Part shown: piece after piece, positions 32,067 through 32,826 of the stretch
Numbering within the stretch: position 1 is the first letter of the stretch
Layout: each line of letters opens with the position of its first letter
DNA from: a virus
Taxonomy: Duplodnaviria; Caudoviricetes
DNA: 32,826 nucleotides
Virus record (IMG/VR): IMGVR_UViG_3300012971_000052
Location: 1 to 32,826 of that record
Strand: one strand, 5' to 3'
The notes under the pieces: generated by a model
Database searches by the model: none
The model's input: the letters and a program-made list of their open reading frames with translations, nothing else
Told to the model about the DNA's origin: nothing
Position numbers and translations under genes: made by a program

Positions 32067-32826
32067 ATGGTTGCGGCGGCAATCGGCATCTCAGGGGCAC
32101 TCGGAGCGGGCGCGAACCTTATTGGCGGGCTGACCGCGTCGGGCGCATCGCAGAACGCCGCCAACCAGCAGCGGCAGATGCTGCAGCAGCAACTCGATTA
32201 CCAGCGCAGCATCCTCGAGGGCGCCATTCCGATGGCGACCGATCTGCAGAACCGCAACCTCGATGCGCTCTATAGCGGGCAGCTCAATGCGCTGGGCGGT
32301 ATTTCAAACGCGCTCGGCTATGGCGCCGATGTCCTCGGGCGGTATCTGCCATCGACGATTCAGGCGATCCAGGCGGGGGCTGATCGTGGCCTTGGCTATC
32401 TCACCGATGCGGCGGGCAATATCCGCAACCTGCTGTCGCCCTATGTGACGGCAGGTGCCAATGCGGCCGATGAGCTTTGGGGTGAGATCTCTGGAAGCCG
32501 TGGGGTGCCGGGGCAGGCGGGACCGCTCGGCGCGATGCCGAACCTCACCGATCCGAGCCTGTTGCCGGGTTACGCCTTTGCATTGCAACAGGGTGAGTTG
32601 GCGGCGAAGAATCAAGCATCTGCCACCGGAATCGCGGGCATGGGCGGTGACTTCTCGGGGCCGCTCGGCAAGTCGCTCGCTACTTTTGCCAAGTGATTGG
32701 CCGACAGCAGTTATTCGCAATACTTACAGAATTACTGGGCGAACCAAAACAACCGGTATGGCATCCTTTCCGGGCTGATGGGGACGGGCGGGCAGGTCGG
32801 CAGCAATCTCGGCTCGATCCTCGCCA
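32067..32826 (+). CDS. P22 gp7-like DNA ejection/transfer protein, interrupted by an in-frame TGA at 32694-32696 and truncated by the window end
   Basis: N-terminal AAAIGISGALGAGANLIGG, LSPYVTAG and PGYAFALQQG motifs. The same frame continues open after the TGA as LADSSYSQYLQNYWANQNNRYGILSGLMG. Confidence 0.75.

Larger units (their letters stand above)
1..32826. mobile_element. Temperate P22-like phage genome segment (non-integrated form, probable Alphaproteobacteria host)
   Basis: Integrase, attP, cI/cro, recombination, terminase, portal, scaffold, coat, gp4, gp10 and ejection genes lie in lambdoid/P22 order. No host housekeeping genes are present, and phage genes flank both sides of the att core. 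Confidence 0.95.

Noticed and set aside
32694-32696. Genome-wide TGA recoding (code 4 or 25)
   Set aside because: Many genes end in TGA with ATGA/TGATG coupling to the next start, so TGA is a normal stop here.

Overview
The whole window is one temperate, P22-like (podovirus-type) phage genome segment, very likely from an alphaproteobacterial host (GcrA homolog, tRNA-Thr(GGT) att core, high GC). It appears non-integrated, because attP is intact with phage genes on both sides. From left to right: (1) end of the late operon, with an antisense HNH endonuclease, two fibre-like proteins, small ORFs and a lipoprotein; (2) attP, made of the 3' half of tRNA-Thr flanked by two 31-bp arm repeats; (3) a leftward early operon with tyrosine integrase, overlapping Xis, GcrA-like, NrdR-type Zn ribbon, DUF1367-like, an AT-richer ParB-like plus unknown pair, Bet and a YqaJ-like exonuclease; (4) a lambda-like immunity switch with PL, a short cI, cro and 17-bp TATCAC-N5-GTGATA operators; (5) VRR-NUC and a DUF1376-like replication initiator with iteron-like repeats; (6) the late operon with TerS, TerL, P22-like portal, scaffold, coat, gp4, gp10, modular fibre proteins, a 2OG-Fe(II) hydroxylase, a GNAT and a gp7-like ejection protein that has an in-frame TGA. 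The most notable items are: an HhH-glycosylase-like 489-aa protein with a small acidic partner inserted between portal and scaffold (possible virion-delivered effector and immunity pair); a plug-and-socket set of fibre proteins sharing foldon-like, DGGxF, RIKRR and QWVP modules; an Acb2/Tad1-like hairpin ORF beside terL; and host-regulator mimics (GcrA, NrdR-N) coupled to xis-int. No endolysin, helicase or Q-type antiterminator was recognised. All family assignments come from motif recognition by eye, not from database searches.
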